Shown piece by piece: positions 1-9,011 of a stretch of 64,000 nt of DNA. Source of the DNA: Candidatus Firestoneibacteriota bacterium (GTDB lineage Bacteria > Oederibacteriota > D2-FULL-39-29); assembly GCA_903928075.1 (NCBI GenBank), contig CAIYPD010000052.1:11876-75875 (forward strand), read 5' to 3'. The first letter of the stretch is position 1, and the number at the start of each line of letters is the position of its first letter. Under the pieces are notes generated by a model that did no database searches, was not told where the DNA came from, and saw only the letters and a program-made list of their open reading frames with translations. The position numbers were made by a program, and so were the translations under genes.

Positions 1-2152
1 CAAGAAACTGCAGGTACTCATTATGGGCATGATGCTGTACTCTGGTAAAGTTTCCAATTGAACCGCCGACAGGGAAATAGTATTTTGGCACCACATCTTT
101 GTAGGTATTCAGCCCAAAACCTGTAAAGGGCTTTTCCCTATAAAGTTTAATCGCACTCCCCCAGATCTTAGTCCGGGAGTAAGCCGCTTCATCGGTTACA
201 CCCAGGGTCATGGCCCGTTTCATAATGGGATTTAAAGGGGTAAGAGAAACAGCAAGCAGAGCAAGCAGTCCCAGAGTAAGATTTCTTCTATATCTCCCGG
301 AGACCGCTTTTTTGCCCGCCAAAATGTTTATCAGTATTATAAACAGGCAAATACTGCAGACCGCAACGAGTAGACCGCCCCTCGATTTTGTCAGAACCAG
401 GCAGAACAAAGAGGCAGCAGAAGCAATAATAAATAAGACTCTATCCCGGCCTCTTGCTTTAACAATTTGGAATAATAAAAAGCCGAAACCCGAAGCAAGA
501 AAACCTCCGAGTAGATTAGGATTGGTAAACAAGCCGAAGGACCTTTGCGCGCCGCTGTAATAATACCCGGCTATGCCGGAAAGCGCAAGCCCGAGACAGA
601 GCCAGGAAATAAAATAAAACACAAAATTAGTATCTCCATCCTTTTTAATAGAGTTGGCTGTAGAATAAAAGAGCATAAAACAACCCAGAAGCAGAAAAAT
701 ACTCTGAAAAGAAGCAAAGCGGTTCACGGAAAATACGCAAGAAAGTAAGGCTAAAAGCAAAAAACACATAAGCGGAATATCCAGGGCTGTTTTAATAAAC
801 TTTTCCCTGTTATATATTACCATCAGAAAGAGTATCGCACTTAGGATTGCAAACAAGAAGAGAGACACATTCTCCTGCCTGGCGAATAAAATAGCACTCC
901 CCATAGCCGTCATAAGCAACACAGGAAAATACTTTTTTAATTCTACCCGGGCGCACGAAGTCGTCACACCGGCAAAGAAGAAGGCGATTATCGAATTCTG
1001 CCAGTAATTGCTGTCCACATCAAACATATTGTGAACAAGAAAAGAAATAAAGCCCGCAAAGATACCGGCAAAAATATATTTTTCTGAACCTCCCAGCTTT
1101 TTAAGTACCACTATTCCCTCTTTGAGAATCCCTGCAAGAAATAAAATAAGCAGCCCGAATCCAAGCACTCCATTTTCAGTTAAAGTCTGCAGGTACCAGT
1201 TATGCGGATATTTGACTCCGGTTCCTGCAAGTTCCCCGTAAGAGCCGATGCCACTCCCCAAAAGCGGATTTTTCAGGAACACTACTGAACTTTCTTTGAA
1301 ATACGCTAAACGGTTGATTATCGAGTTATCCTCTTTTGCAAAATTTAAAAATTCCGGCCGCATAAGAAGTATGGCTAAGACAAAAACCGCGGTCAAAGAA
1401 AAACTGACAAGAATTAATCTGTTCTTCTCTTTAACAATATAAAACAGATAGATTATAAGGCCTATTACCGCCGAAACAAAACCCCCTGCCGACTTTGTCA
1501 GGACTAAAGCAGTAAGCAATGTCAAAAAACAAAGGCCGGTTCCGGCTCTTAATTTAATATTTTTGTAATTTACAAGAAACAGGCCTAATGACACAGGCAA
1601 GGCCATTGCCAGAAAACCTGCAAAAACATTGGCATTTACGAAAAAGGAAAAGACCCTGCCGGAATCTATGCTTTTTTGTATTTCAACAGCTATTCTTTGA
1701 TCCTTAATCAGGTCTGTGTTTAAAGCGAGATACCCGGCCAGGTCTTGCAGGCCAAAAATACGCTGGTAGAAGGCAAAAAGAGCCGCGAGCATAGCCCCGG
1801 CTACGATTACATAAGCGGCTTTTTCCCTGTCTTTCGCGCTCGTAAAAGAATGCGCCGCAACAATAAAGAAGACTGAAAGAAAAAGTATTTTGATATTAAA
1901 AAGATTAAAAGCCGCAGTTCCGGAAAGTATCGTCGAAAGCAGGGCAACAGAAGACAAGAACAGGAGATAAAGAACGGGTTTTGACCATGAAAATAGGGGC
2001 CTTTTGCCAAATAACCGTAAACAGGCAAAACAAAGACCTATAAACAATATCAGTACCGGAAAGACGGTATTCAAAAAATGGAGTCTTTCGGGAGAAAACA
2101 GCGGGATAAGAAAAACAAAGACCAGAAGGCTCCAACGCAGGATTTTATCCAC
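1..2152 (-). CDS. O-antigen ligase (Wzy_C/WaaL-like) family membrane protein with two tandem ligase domains; 3' end beyond window
   Basis: Not in the ORF track, consistent with no in-window stop. Manual reading: GTG at 2152 just after the aroQ stop, hydrophobic helices, and two in-frame WaaL-type His motifs (YPHNWYLQ near 1190-1210 and HAHNEYLQ near 8-31). Confidence 0.85.
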   Translation of the reverse strand, partial: MDKILRWSLLVFVFLIPLFSPERLHFLNTVFPVLILFIGLCFACLRLFGKRPLFSWSKPVLYLLFLSSVALLSTILSGTAAFNLFNIKILFLSVFFIVAAHSFTSAKDREKAAYVIVAGAMLAALFAFYQRIFGLQDLAGYLALNTDLIKDQRIAVEIQKSIDSGRVFSFFVNANVFAGFLAMALPVSLGLFLVNYKNIKLRAGTGLCFLTLLTALVLTKSAGGFVSAVIGLIIYLFYIVKEKNRLILVSFSLTAVFVLAILLMRPEFLNFAKEDNSIINRLAYFKESSVVFLKNPLLGSGIGSYGELAGTGVKYPHNWYLQTLTENGVLGFGLLILFLAGILKEGIVVLKKLGGSEKYIFAGIFAGFISFLVHNMFDVDSNYWQNSIIAFFFAGVTTSCARVELKKYFPVLLMTAMGSAILFARQENVSLFLFAILSAILFLMVIYNREKFIKTALDIPLMCFLLLALLSCVFSVNRFASFQSIFLLLGCFMLFYSTANSIKKDGDTNFVFYFISWLCLGLALSGIAGYYYSGAQRSFGLFTNPNLLGGFLASGFGFLLFQIVKARGRDRVLFIIASAASLFCLVLTKSRGGLLVAVCSICLFIILINILAGKKAVSGRYRRNLTLGLLALLAVSLTPLNPIMKRAMTLGVTDEAAYSRTKIWGSAIKLYREKPFTGFGLNTYKDVVPKYYFPVGGSIGNFTRVQHHAHNEYLQFL

Positions 2153-2157
2153 ACCCC

Positions 2158-2601
2158 TTACCTTTTTTTAACGAGGCTTAAGGCGGCCAGAAAACCCAGC
2201 AGATAGCTGTCTTTGCCGAAACCGAAGATGCCGCCGGCCGCAACCGGAGAAATAAAGGATTTGTGCCTGAACTCTTCGCGTTTAAAAATATTTGAAAGGT
2301 GCACCTCAACGGCAGGAATTTTAACCGCAGATATTGCTTCACGGATGGCCAGGCTGGTATGGGTATAGGCGGCAGGATTAATTAAAAGCGCATCGGCCCA
2401 GCTCTCGGACTCTTTCTGTATAATATTTACTATTTCCCCTTCCGTATTGGTCTGAAATATTTTAATTCCGGCTTTGTTCTTCTTTGCCAGCGCTTGCAGT
2501 TCTTTATTTATCGCGGCAAGCGTAACCTTGCCATAGATGCCGGGTTCGCGTTTCCCGAGCAGATTCAAATTAGGTCCGTGGATTACCAGGATATTTGCCA
2601 T
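2158..2601 (-). CDS. aroQ: Type II 3-dehydroquinate dehydratase
   Basis: HGPNLNLLGKREPGIYG, NPAAYTHTS and EVHLSN signatures. Confidence 0.97.
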   Translation of the reverse strand: MANILVIHGPNLNLLGKREPGIYGKVTLAAINKELQALAKKNKAGIKIFQTNTEGEIVNIIQKESESWADALLINPAAYTHTSLAIREAISAVKIPAVEVHLSNIFKREEFRHKSFISPVAAGGIFGFGKDSYLLGFLAALSLVKKR

Positions 2602-2647
2602 TGCAGCTCCGTTATTTCAGATATTTTTATTACTTACATTGGTAGCC

Positions 2648-2686
2648 AGTCTATAAAGTCCATAAAGTTCGTAAGGTCTAAAATCC
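2648..2686. repeat. Degenerate 9-bp tandem array (AGTCTATAA AGTCCATAA AGTTCGTAA GGTCTAAAA)
   Basis: Read directly; the reverse complement matches arrays at 17602, 27691 and 59961. Confidence 0.8.
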
Positions 2687-2717
2687 TTGTATTTATATTA
2701 TAAGCAATCAGTTATTA

Positions 2718-2752
2718 GTCCACCTACGGTGAGATCTCGCCATTAGGCGGAC
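2718..2752. repeat. REP-like double-hairpin element, copy A
   Basis: GTCCACCTACGGTGAGATCTCGCCATTAGGCGGAC; its reverse complement matches 44592-44626 at 32/35 positions. Confidence 0.85.
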
Positions 2753-2759
2753 AATCGTG

Positions 2760-3833
2760 CTAGTATGCCCCAGGATAGGAGCCTAAAATCTTGACGGTAT
2801 GCCCCGCTTTTCTTAGATCAGCAAGCGCCGCCTTTACCTTGGCATCTTCCTTGTGACCTGACATATCCACAAAGAAAAAATACTCCCAGGCTTTTTTCCT
2901 GGAAGGCCTCGACTCAATGCTGGTCAGATTTATTTTTCTTCTCTTAAACGGCAGGAGCATGGAATAGAGCGCCCCAACCTTGTCCTTGAGGGAAACCAGC
3001 ACGGAAGTTTTATCATTACCTGTCCTGGCTACCTCTTTTTTGCCTATAACCAGAAAACGCGTGAAATTGTCAGGCACATCCTCGATTTTCACCGCCAGAG
3101 TATTAAGCCCATAAATTTCGCCGGCTAAAGAATTTGCTATGGCCGCACTGCTCTTATCTTTTGCAGCAAGGCGGGCCGATTCTGCGGTGTTTTTTGCCTC
3201 AATTACCTCTAACTCCGGGAGATTGGTCTCTACCCAGTTACGGCACTGCGCCAGCGGCTGCTGAAACACATACAGGCGCTTTAAATCTTCTATCTTCTTT
3301 GACTTGCTTAATAAACAGTAGGATATTTTGGAGAGCGTTTCCGCGCAAATCTTCAGCTCAGATTCAATAAAAATATCAAGCGTGTGATTTACAACGCCTT
3401 CGGTTGAATTTTCAATCGGGATAACTCCGTAATCGGCCCGCCCGTTTTCAACTTCGGTAAATATATCCGAGAGATTTTTTATAGCGACATAAGAAACAGC
3501 CTGCCCGAAATGAGAAAGAGCGGCAAGATGCGTAAAGGTGGCCTCGGGGCCCCAGTAAGCGATTTTCAAGGGCGACTGAAGCGCCCGGGAAGCAGAGATA
3601 ATCTCTCTAAACACCGCCCGAACTGAATCATCCGGAAAAGGTCCTTTGTTTTTTCCGATTATTTTACCAAAAACCTCGGCCTCGCGCTCCGGAACATAGA
3701 CATTGCTTGTTTGCCCGCTTTTTTCTTTTTTTACTTCAAGCGCAAGATTTGCTCTTTGATTAAGTAACGCAAGAAGTTTTTTATCGGTGTCGTCTATTTT
3801 ATTTCTTATTACTTTTAGTTTCTTTTTATCCAT
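2760..3833 (-). CDS. pheA: Bifunctional chorismate mutase/prephenate dehydratase (P-protein)
   Basis: N-terminal CM helix (IRNKIDDTD..LLNQR), PIENSTEG, NFTRF and ACT-domain IESRP. Start moved to ATG 3833, which overlaps the upstream stop. Confidence 0.96.
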   Translation of the reverse strand: MDKKKLKVIRNKIDDTDKKLLALLNQRANLALEVKKEKSGQTSNVYVPEREAEVFGKIIGKNKGPFPDDSVRAVFREIISASRALQSPLKIAYWGPEATFTHLAALSHFGQAVSYVAIKNLSDIFTEVENGRADYGVIPIENSTEGVVNHTLDIFIESELKICAETLSKISYCLLSKSKKIEDLKRLYVFQQPLAQCRNWVETNLPELEVIEAKNTAESARLAAKDKSSAAIANSLAGEIYGLNTLAVKIEDVPDNFTRFLVIGKKEVARTGNDKTSVLVSLKDKVGALYSMLLPFKRRKINLTSIESRPSRKKAWEYFFFVDMSGHKEDAKVKAALADLRKAGHTVKILGSYPGAY

Positions 3834-4614
3834 TTCTTTCCTTTTCTTTTTTCCCGGCATACAGCATATCGACCATTACTTCGTCGGAGGCTCTGAGCCG
3901 GCGGGTCAGGATACCGATAAATAACCAGAGGAGTTTGAGAGAAAGCAAATTATTATTGCTTAAAGTTTTCTTAAAATCGTCCCGGGTGACCATAAAGAGA
4001 CTTGCGTGTTCTGAAGCAACTGCGCTTGCAGATCTAAAACCGTGGTCTAAAAGCGCAATTTCCCCGAAAAAATCCCCTTCTTTTAAGGTTGCGAGAACTT
4101 CAGTTTTGCCCTGCAGGTTCTTTTTAATAATATTAACCTTGCCGTTTATAACAATATAGAGGGCTTTGCCTTCGGAACCCTCCTCAAAGATGCTCTGTCC
4201 CGCCTTAAAATATACCTCACTGCAAATCTTTCTTATATACCAGGATTCTTCATCATTTAAGGTACTAAAGGGCTTTATCGTTTTTAGAAACAAGACCGAG
4301 CCGGTATAAACCGAGATTTCTCTGGCCTTTTCCTGAGAGAGGCTATTAAAAGTTACTGCCGAGAAGAACTTATCCTCAACTTCAAAAGAGCGGGTTACCA
4401 GACCTGGCACATTTTCCTGTTTTTTCCCTTCCTGGAGCTCAAAATTCAGGAGAATTTTGGTTCCCTGCGGTAGAAAAGTATTTAGGACCAACCCGATGCC
4501 GTCAGCCCCTATGTTTACTATGGTACCGGCAAAGAACCGGTCGCCAAGTTCTTTAACAACAACTCTGACAGGAATTTTAATTTCAATCCTCTGCACTTTT
4601 CTTCTTTCATTCAT
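3826..4614 (-). CDS. PilZ + cyclic nucleotide-binding domain protein (no HTH)
   Basis: RRKVQR (RxxxR) and NIGADG in the PilZ part; FFGEIALLDHGFRSASA phosphate-binding cassette. Confidence 0.85.
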   Translation of the reverse strand: MNERRKVQRIEIKIPVRVVVKELGDRFFAGTIVNIGADGIGLVLNTFLPQGTKILLNFELQEGKKQENVPGLVTRSFEVEDKFFSAVTFNSLSQEKAREISVYTGSVLFLKTIKPFSTLNDEESWYIRKICSEVYFKAGQSIFEEGSEGKALYIVINGKVNIIKKNLQGKTEVLATLKEGDFFGEIALLDHGFRSASAVASEHASLFMVTRDDFKKTLSNNNLLSLKLLWLFIGILTRRLRASDEVMVDMLYAGKKEKERNG

Positions 4615-4627
4615 AGGTTTTTCTCCC

Positions 4628-5428
4628 TTATTTTATTTCATTGAGAGCGGCTTCGCTGAAAAGCAGATCAACCATCTCCTGATTCATTGCCTTTAATCGT
4701 TTTGAGAGAGTACGCACAAAACCCAGAAGTATTTTTATCGCAAGGAGTTGATTATTTTTTATAAGCCCGTTGAACTGCTCTACGGTAATCGTAAAAAGCT
4801 CGCAGTCGGTATGCGCAACGGCATTCGCAGTACGGAGGCCTTCGTCAAAGAGAGCCATTTCGCCGAAGAACTCGCCCTCCCGCACCAGAGCTAAAACTTC
4901 TTCATTCGCGGCATCTATATTGGATTTTTTGCTTATGCGTACTTTACCCTTGATAACCGCATAAAAAGCATCACCGTCTTCCCCCTCGACAAAAATCGTT
5001 TTTCCGTCAGGAAAGCCGTTTTCTTTACCTACATTTTTCAAAATAAGCGCTTCGGCGTCAGAGAGGACGGAAAATAATTTAATTCTTTTTATGAAACTAA
5101 TACTGTCGGTCAGGGCATTAATTTTTCCCGCACCTTCCCGCGGCAAGTTCAGGAATTCCAAACCATAATTAAAGTGATCTTCCAGGTCTTCGGTCCTGAG
5201 AATCTTTGCTGTTATGTTTTCAAAAACCAGGCCCTCCTGAATCTTAAAGGATATTAACAGATTTCTGCCGAGCGGAATAAAACCCTCTATAGCCACGGTC
5301 ATGCCGCTCGCGCTAAGGTTGACGGTGGTACCTTTGATAACCTTACCGGCATCACTGACAATTACCGCTACCGCCAGCTCGAGGCTTACTCTTTTGTATT
5401 TTCTGCGTTCAGAAATATCTTCAGACAC
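4628..5428 (-). CDS. PilZ + cyclic nucleotide-binding domain protein (paralog)
   Basis: RRKYKR and NLSASG PilZ motifs; FFGEMALFDEGLRTANA cNMP cassette. Confidence 0.87.
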   Translation of the reverse strand: MSEDISERRKYKRVSLELAVAVIVSDAGKVIKGTTVNLSASGMTVAIEGFIPLGRNLLISFKIQEGLVFENITAKILRTEDLEDHFNYGLEFLNLPREGAGKINALTDSISFIKRIKLFSVLSDAEALILKNVGKENGFPDGKTIFVEGEDGDAFYAVIKGKVRISKKSNIDAANEEVLALVREGEFFGEMALFDEGLRTANAVAHTDCELFTITVEQFNGLIKNNQLLAIKILLGFVRTLSKRLKAMNQEMVDLLFSEAALNEIK

Positions 5429-5966
5429 CCGTTTCTTCTCCGGTTTTTCCTATAAGCTCTTCGATTTTCGGCATTTCGGTAAGATCCTTTAAACCGAAAT
5501 ACCTGAGAAATTCCTTTGTGGTTCCGTATAAAAGCGGGCGGCCAATAACATCTTTCCGTCCTTTAATAGCGGCTAAGTCCCTTGCCAGAAGTGTATCCAG
5601 CACACCTTCAACACTTACACCCCGGATGGCCTCTATCTCAAGCTTAGTTATCGGCTGCCGGTAAGCAATTATCGAAAGCGTTTCCAACGCAGGCTTTGAG
5701 AGCCGGTGCGTGAGCTTGCTTTTATACAATAACTTTATCCACTGTGCGAACTGCGGCCGGGTAACTATCTGGAAACCTTCTGCTATTTCTGTTATAGCGT
5801 AGGCCCTTCCTGTAGTTTCATATTCCAGAGCCAGATCAGAAATCTGTTTTCTAATCTCTTCTTCTTTAAGCTCGGTAAGCACGGTCCTGATAGTTTTGAC
5901 CGGTAACGGCTCATCCGCCACAAAAAGAAGTGCTTCTATTATAGATTTTGAGTAACTACTTTCCAT
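5421..5966 (-). CDS. scpB: SMC-Scp complex subunit ScpB
   Basis: IEALLF, LETLSIIAYRQPITKLEIEAIRGV and GRPLLYGTTKEFLRYFGL motifs. Confidence 0.96.
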   Translation of the reverse strand: MESSYSKSIIEALLFVADEPLPVKTIRTVLTELKEEEIRKQISDLALEYETTGRAYAITEIAEGFQIVTRPQFAQWIKLLYKSKLTHRLSKPALETLSIIAYRQPITKLEIEAIRGVSVEGVLDTLLARDLAAIKGRKDVIGRPLLYGTTKEFLRYFGLKDLTEMPKIEELIGKTGEETGV

Positions 5967-6016
5967 ATATTATCCCTTTCCAGTAAGCAACACTTTCAAC
6001 CTTTCTACAATGCATT

Positions 6017-6044
6017 ATTATAGCAGATAAAATAAATAAAACAA
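6017..6044 (-). promoter_or_regulatory. Putative sigma70 promoter for the scpB-PilZ/cNMP-pheA run
   Basis: Minus strand TTGTTT-N16-TATAAT with TGn extended -10, in an AT-rich gap about 50 bp upstream of scpB. Confidence 0.55.
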
Positions 6045-6115
6045 TAAATAATGAATGTAGTATGATAATTCTCAAAAAAACAAAGAGGAATTAGTCTTTT
6101 ATTAGCTGTCAGTTA

Positions 6116-7768
6116 TCATTTCTTAGCAATTATAGTAGGCAATATCAATCTCGAGGGATAACTCTTGGAATGGTGTATAACCGTCCGGGCTATTTTGGGC
6201 TTTATTTCCCTGTATATTTCGCCGCCGGTGTTTAGATTCCTGGCAAAGCGCGGGAAACAACTGCTTGTGAGCTCAAGCCTGATTTTATGCCCCGGAAGAA
6301 ATACATTTGCGGTCACATCCATTTCAATCTCTATTTTGTAAACTTTATCTTTTTCCAGCATAACCTCGCGTTCAAAACCCTCCCTGAAACGCGCGCGCGC
6401 AATACCGTCACAAAGATTTATAGATTTTCCGTCGGGAGAAACATCACATAACCTGGCTATAAAATCGGTATCCAAAACATCCGTTGAGATAAACAACTCC
6501 ATTTTCACAAAACCGGTAACTTCAAGCGGCTTTCTGAGTTCTTCAGTGGTATAGATAAGCATATCGTTTCTTCTTTCCATAGAACTTTGATCAAAAGCGC
6601 CTGCGGGACAGGCCGGAATCAGAGAACTGCCGCCGATACTCGTGACCGGATCCAGGGGGTCATAAACATAGCTGTCTTCCCCTCGGCCCGGGGCCGGTTC
6701 GTTTGAAAGAAAACCGTCACCGTATAAACTATTGGCTGCTTTTTTACAGCCCGGATAATAAGAGATATTTTTTGTCTTTTTTAACGGCCAGCTCTCCTCC
6801 TCCCGCCATTCATTTATTCCCATTACAAATATTCTTACAGGTTTTTCCGTATCCATGCCGTTTTTTTGATCTTTTAAATACCGATCCAACCATTTCTTTT
6901 TAGACACCTCTATATCAATCACTGAGGCCCCGCCGTAATCCATCTGCCCGCCGACCCGGCCGGCAGACAAACCGTGGGTCCATGGCCCGACAAGTAATTT
7001 GGCCTTTTTGCCGGCCTTCACCAGTTTGCAAAATACTTCTATAAGGGCCGCGGAATATTTATCATACCAGCCCCCGAGCAGGAAAACCGGCGCGTTTATG
7101 TTATTATAATAACCGTCCAGAGATCTTCTTTTCCAGTAACTGTCATAGACCGGATGTTTCAGCATTTCCTTAAAAATGGGGCTATCAAAACCAGCAGCCG
7201 CATCAAGGTTGCTCAGGGGAAGGGTTTTATAAAATTCATTCCAGTTAAGTAGCGGCAGAGGTTTATCGGTCCGGCCGGTATTACAAATCTGCCAGGCAAT
7301 GCTCCCAAGCTGAGGCACTCCGCTTTTAAGAGAACCGCATTTAAACATATCCCCGCCCATAACCGAGGGGGTTATTGCCAGGAGATGTTTGGGCCCGAGT
7401 TTTGCAGCCGCAAGCTGGGTCAGCCCGCAGTAGGAGGCCCCGCTCATTCCGACTTTGCCGTTACACCAGGACTGTGTGGCAAGCCACTCTACGGTATCAT
7501 ACCCGTCTTCTTCTTCATCATAAGCTGAAAACTCGCCTTCAGAATCATATTTACCCCTTACATCCTGGGTGACATAGGCATAGCCGGCGTCAAGGTATAG
7601 TTTTAGAAGCCTTTCATTTTCAGGAGTTCCGGAAACATTATTATTATAAGGATTCCTGACCAGCACTGCGGGGAAGGGTCCCCATTTTTCCGGCAATCGG
7701 ATATCTAAAGAAAGTTTGACGCCGTCCCGCATTTTCGCCATTACATTGATTTTCTGTAAATAGCTCAT
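6116..7768 (-). CDS. CocE/NonD family serine hydrolase (peptidase S15-like)
   Basis: MRDGVKL, QDVRG, GASYCG nucleophile motif, GWYD, GPWTH and a C-terminal jelly-roll (FPRFARNLNTG). Confidence 0.92.
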   Translation of the reverse strand: MSYLQKINVMAKMRDGVKLSLDIRLPEKWGPFPAVLVRNPYNNNVSGTPENERLLKLYLDAGYAYVTQDVRGKYDSEGEFSAYDEEEDGYDTVEWLATQSWCNGKVGMSGASYCGLTQLAAAKLGPKHLLAITPSVMGGDMFKCGSLKSGVPQLGSIAWQICNTGRTDKPLPLLNWNEFYKTLPLSNLDAAAGFDSPIFKEMLKHPVYDSYWKRRSLDGYYNNINAPVFLLGGWYDKYSAALIEVFCKLVKAGKKAKLLVGPWTHGLSAGRVGGQMDYGGASVIDIEVSKKKWLDRYLKDQKNGMDTEKPVRIFVMGINEWREEESWPLKKTKNISYYPGCKKAANSLYGDGFLSNEPAPGRGEDSYVYDPLDPVTSIGGSSLIPACPAGAFDQSSMERRNDMLIYTTEELRKPLEVTGFVKMELFISTDVLDTDFIARLCDVSPDGKSINLCDGIARARFREGFEREVMLEKDKVYKIEIEMDVTANVFLPGHKIRLELTSSCFPRFARNLNTGGEIYREIKPKIARTVIHHSKSYPSRLILPTIIAKK

Positions 7769-7829
7769 ATTAATATCCCCCGGAATACTTTACTTTATTT
7801 GCTCCGGCTCCGAAGATTTTCTTTGCTTT

Positions 7830-8939
7830 TTATTTTATTGTTTTCGGTTTAACTAAATCGATCGTATCCAGCACTTCATCTTTCTCATTATAGACTATCA
7901 TATGAAAGCTTTTCGGCGTGACATCCATTATCGCATAATTATGTTCTTCCGCGGATTTCTTCACAAAGGGTTTATCATTCTTAGGGGTATACAGCGGAGC
8001 GCCGGCTGAACCTATTACCATATGATGTATTCCTTTCACAATATTATGCTGGTAGAAATGGTCATGCCCGGAGATGGTCATATCAACTTTGTTGGGCTCA
8101 AAGAGCTGCCGGGATATACTTATTAATTTTAAGTTTTCTTTGCGTGTTCCGTCAACATACGGCGGAATATGAGTTATAACCAACTTCCACACCTTCTTAC
8201 TTTTCTCCAGATCTGATTTTACAAATCTATACTGGGCACTTTCGGGAGTGTAGGCTATTTCGGTATTCATAACCAGGACATGCATGTCGCCGTAATCGAG
8301 AGAGTAGTATTTTTGTTCTCCCGAGGCTGAGTCCGGAGATTGGGTAAATGCCTCAGTATTTTTTCCGGCAGTTTCATGGTTCCCCACGGTATTAAAAAAA
8401 GGTACTTCTGCTATTAGCGCCAGTTCATTCTTCAGAAAGAACTCGCTTTTAAAAGAAAGATAGGTGCTATCTTCACATAGATCCCCGCCGTAAAGCGAGA
8501 AAAGTGGCTTCGCTTTTTTTATGTTAGCGGCAATGGCTTCGTGAATGTCCGTTCCGGTCCTGCAGTCGGCCATCCAGGCAAACCGGAAATTTGTGCCCTC
8601 TTCGACGGCTGTATTAAAAGTAAAATCAGGCGAAGCGGCTCCGGACTGCAAAGCCCGGTAATGGTAAAGGGTTCCCGCTTTAAGGCCTGTTAACTTTATC
8701 TTATGTATGTAGGTCGGTTTTTCTAGGAGGGTCGAGGAAACACTCTCAGCAGTAAGTGATTTCCCAAATTTACCGTCCACTCCGTACTCGACGGTAACCG
8801 GATCACGAGTATCAGCTTCCACCAGAACATATATACTGTCTTTTTTCACGGCCTGCAGATAAGGCGTCATTAGCATCGCAGAATAAGCAAAAGAACCTAA
8901 ACACATAATGAGTAAGGCAGTTAAAATTGTTTTTTTCAT
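7830..8939 (-). CDS. Secreted purple-acid-phosphatase-like metallophosphoesterase with N-terminal FN3-like domain
   Basis: Signal peptide; ADCR, GGDL, GNHE and SGHDH metal-binding motifs. Confidence 0.88.
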   Translation of the reverse strand: MKKTILTALLIMCLGSFAYSAMLMTPYLQAVKKDSIYVLVEADTRDPVTVEYGVDGKFGKSLTAESVSSTLLEKPTYIHKIKLTGLKAGTLYHYRALQSGAASPDFTFNTAVEEGTNFRFAWMADCRTGTDIHEAIAANIKKAKPLFSLYGGDLCEDSTYLSFKSEFFLKNELALIAEVPFFNTVGNHETAGKNTEAFTQSPDSASGEQKYYSLDYGDMHVLVMNTEIAYTPESAQYRFVKSDLEKSKKVWKLVITHIPPYVDGTRKENLKLISISRQLFEPNKVDMTISGHDHFYQHNIVKGIHHMVIGSAGAPLYTPKNDKPFVKKSAEEHNYAIMDVTPKSFHMIVYNEKDEVLDTIDLVKPKTIK

Positions 8940-9011
8940 ATTCTCTCCGTATTGTAAGCATACAAGCTAGCAAGACTACAAGCAATAAACTCGTTTATCA
9001 TCTATCATATA

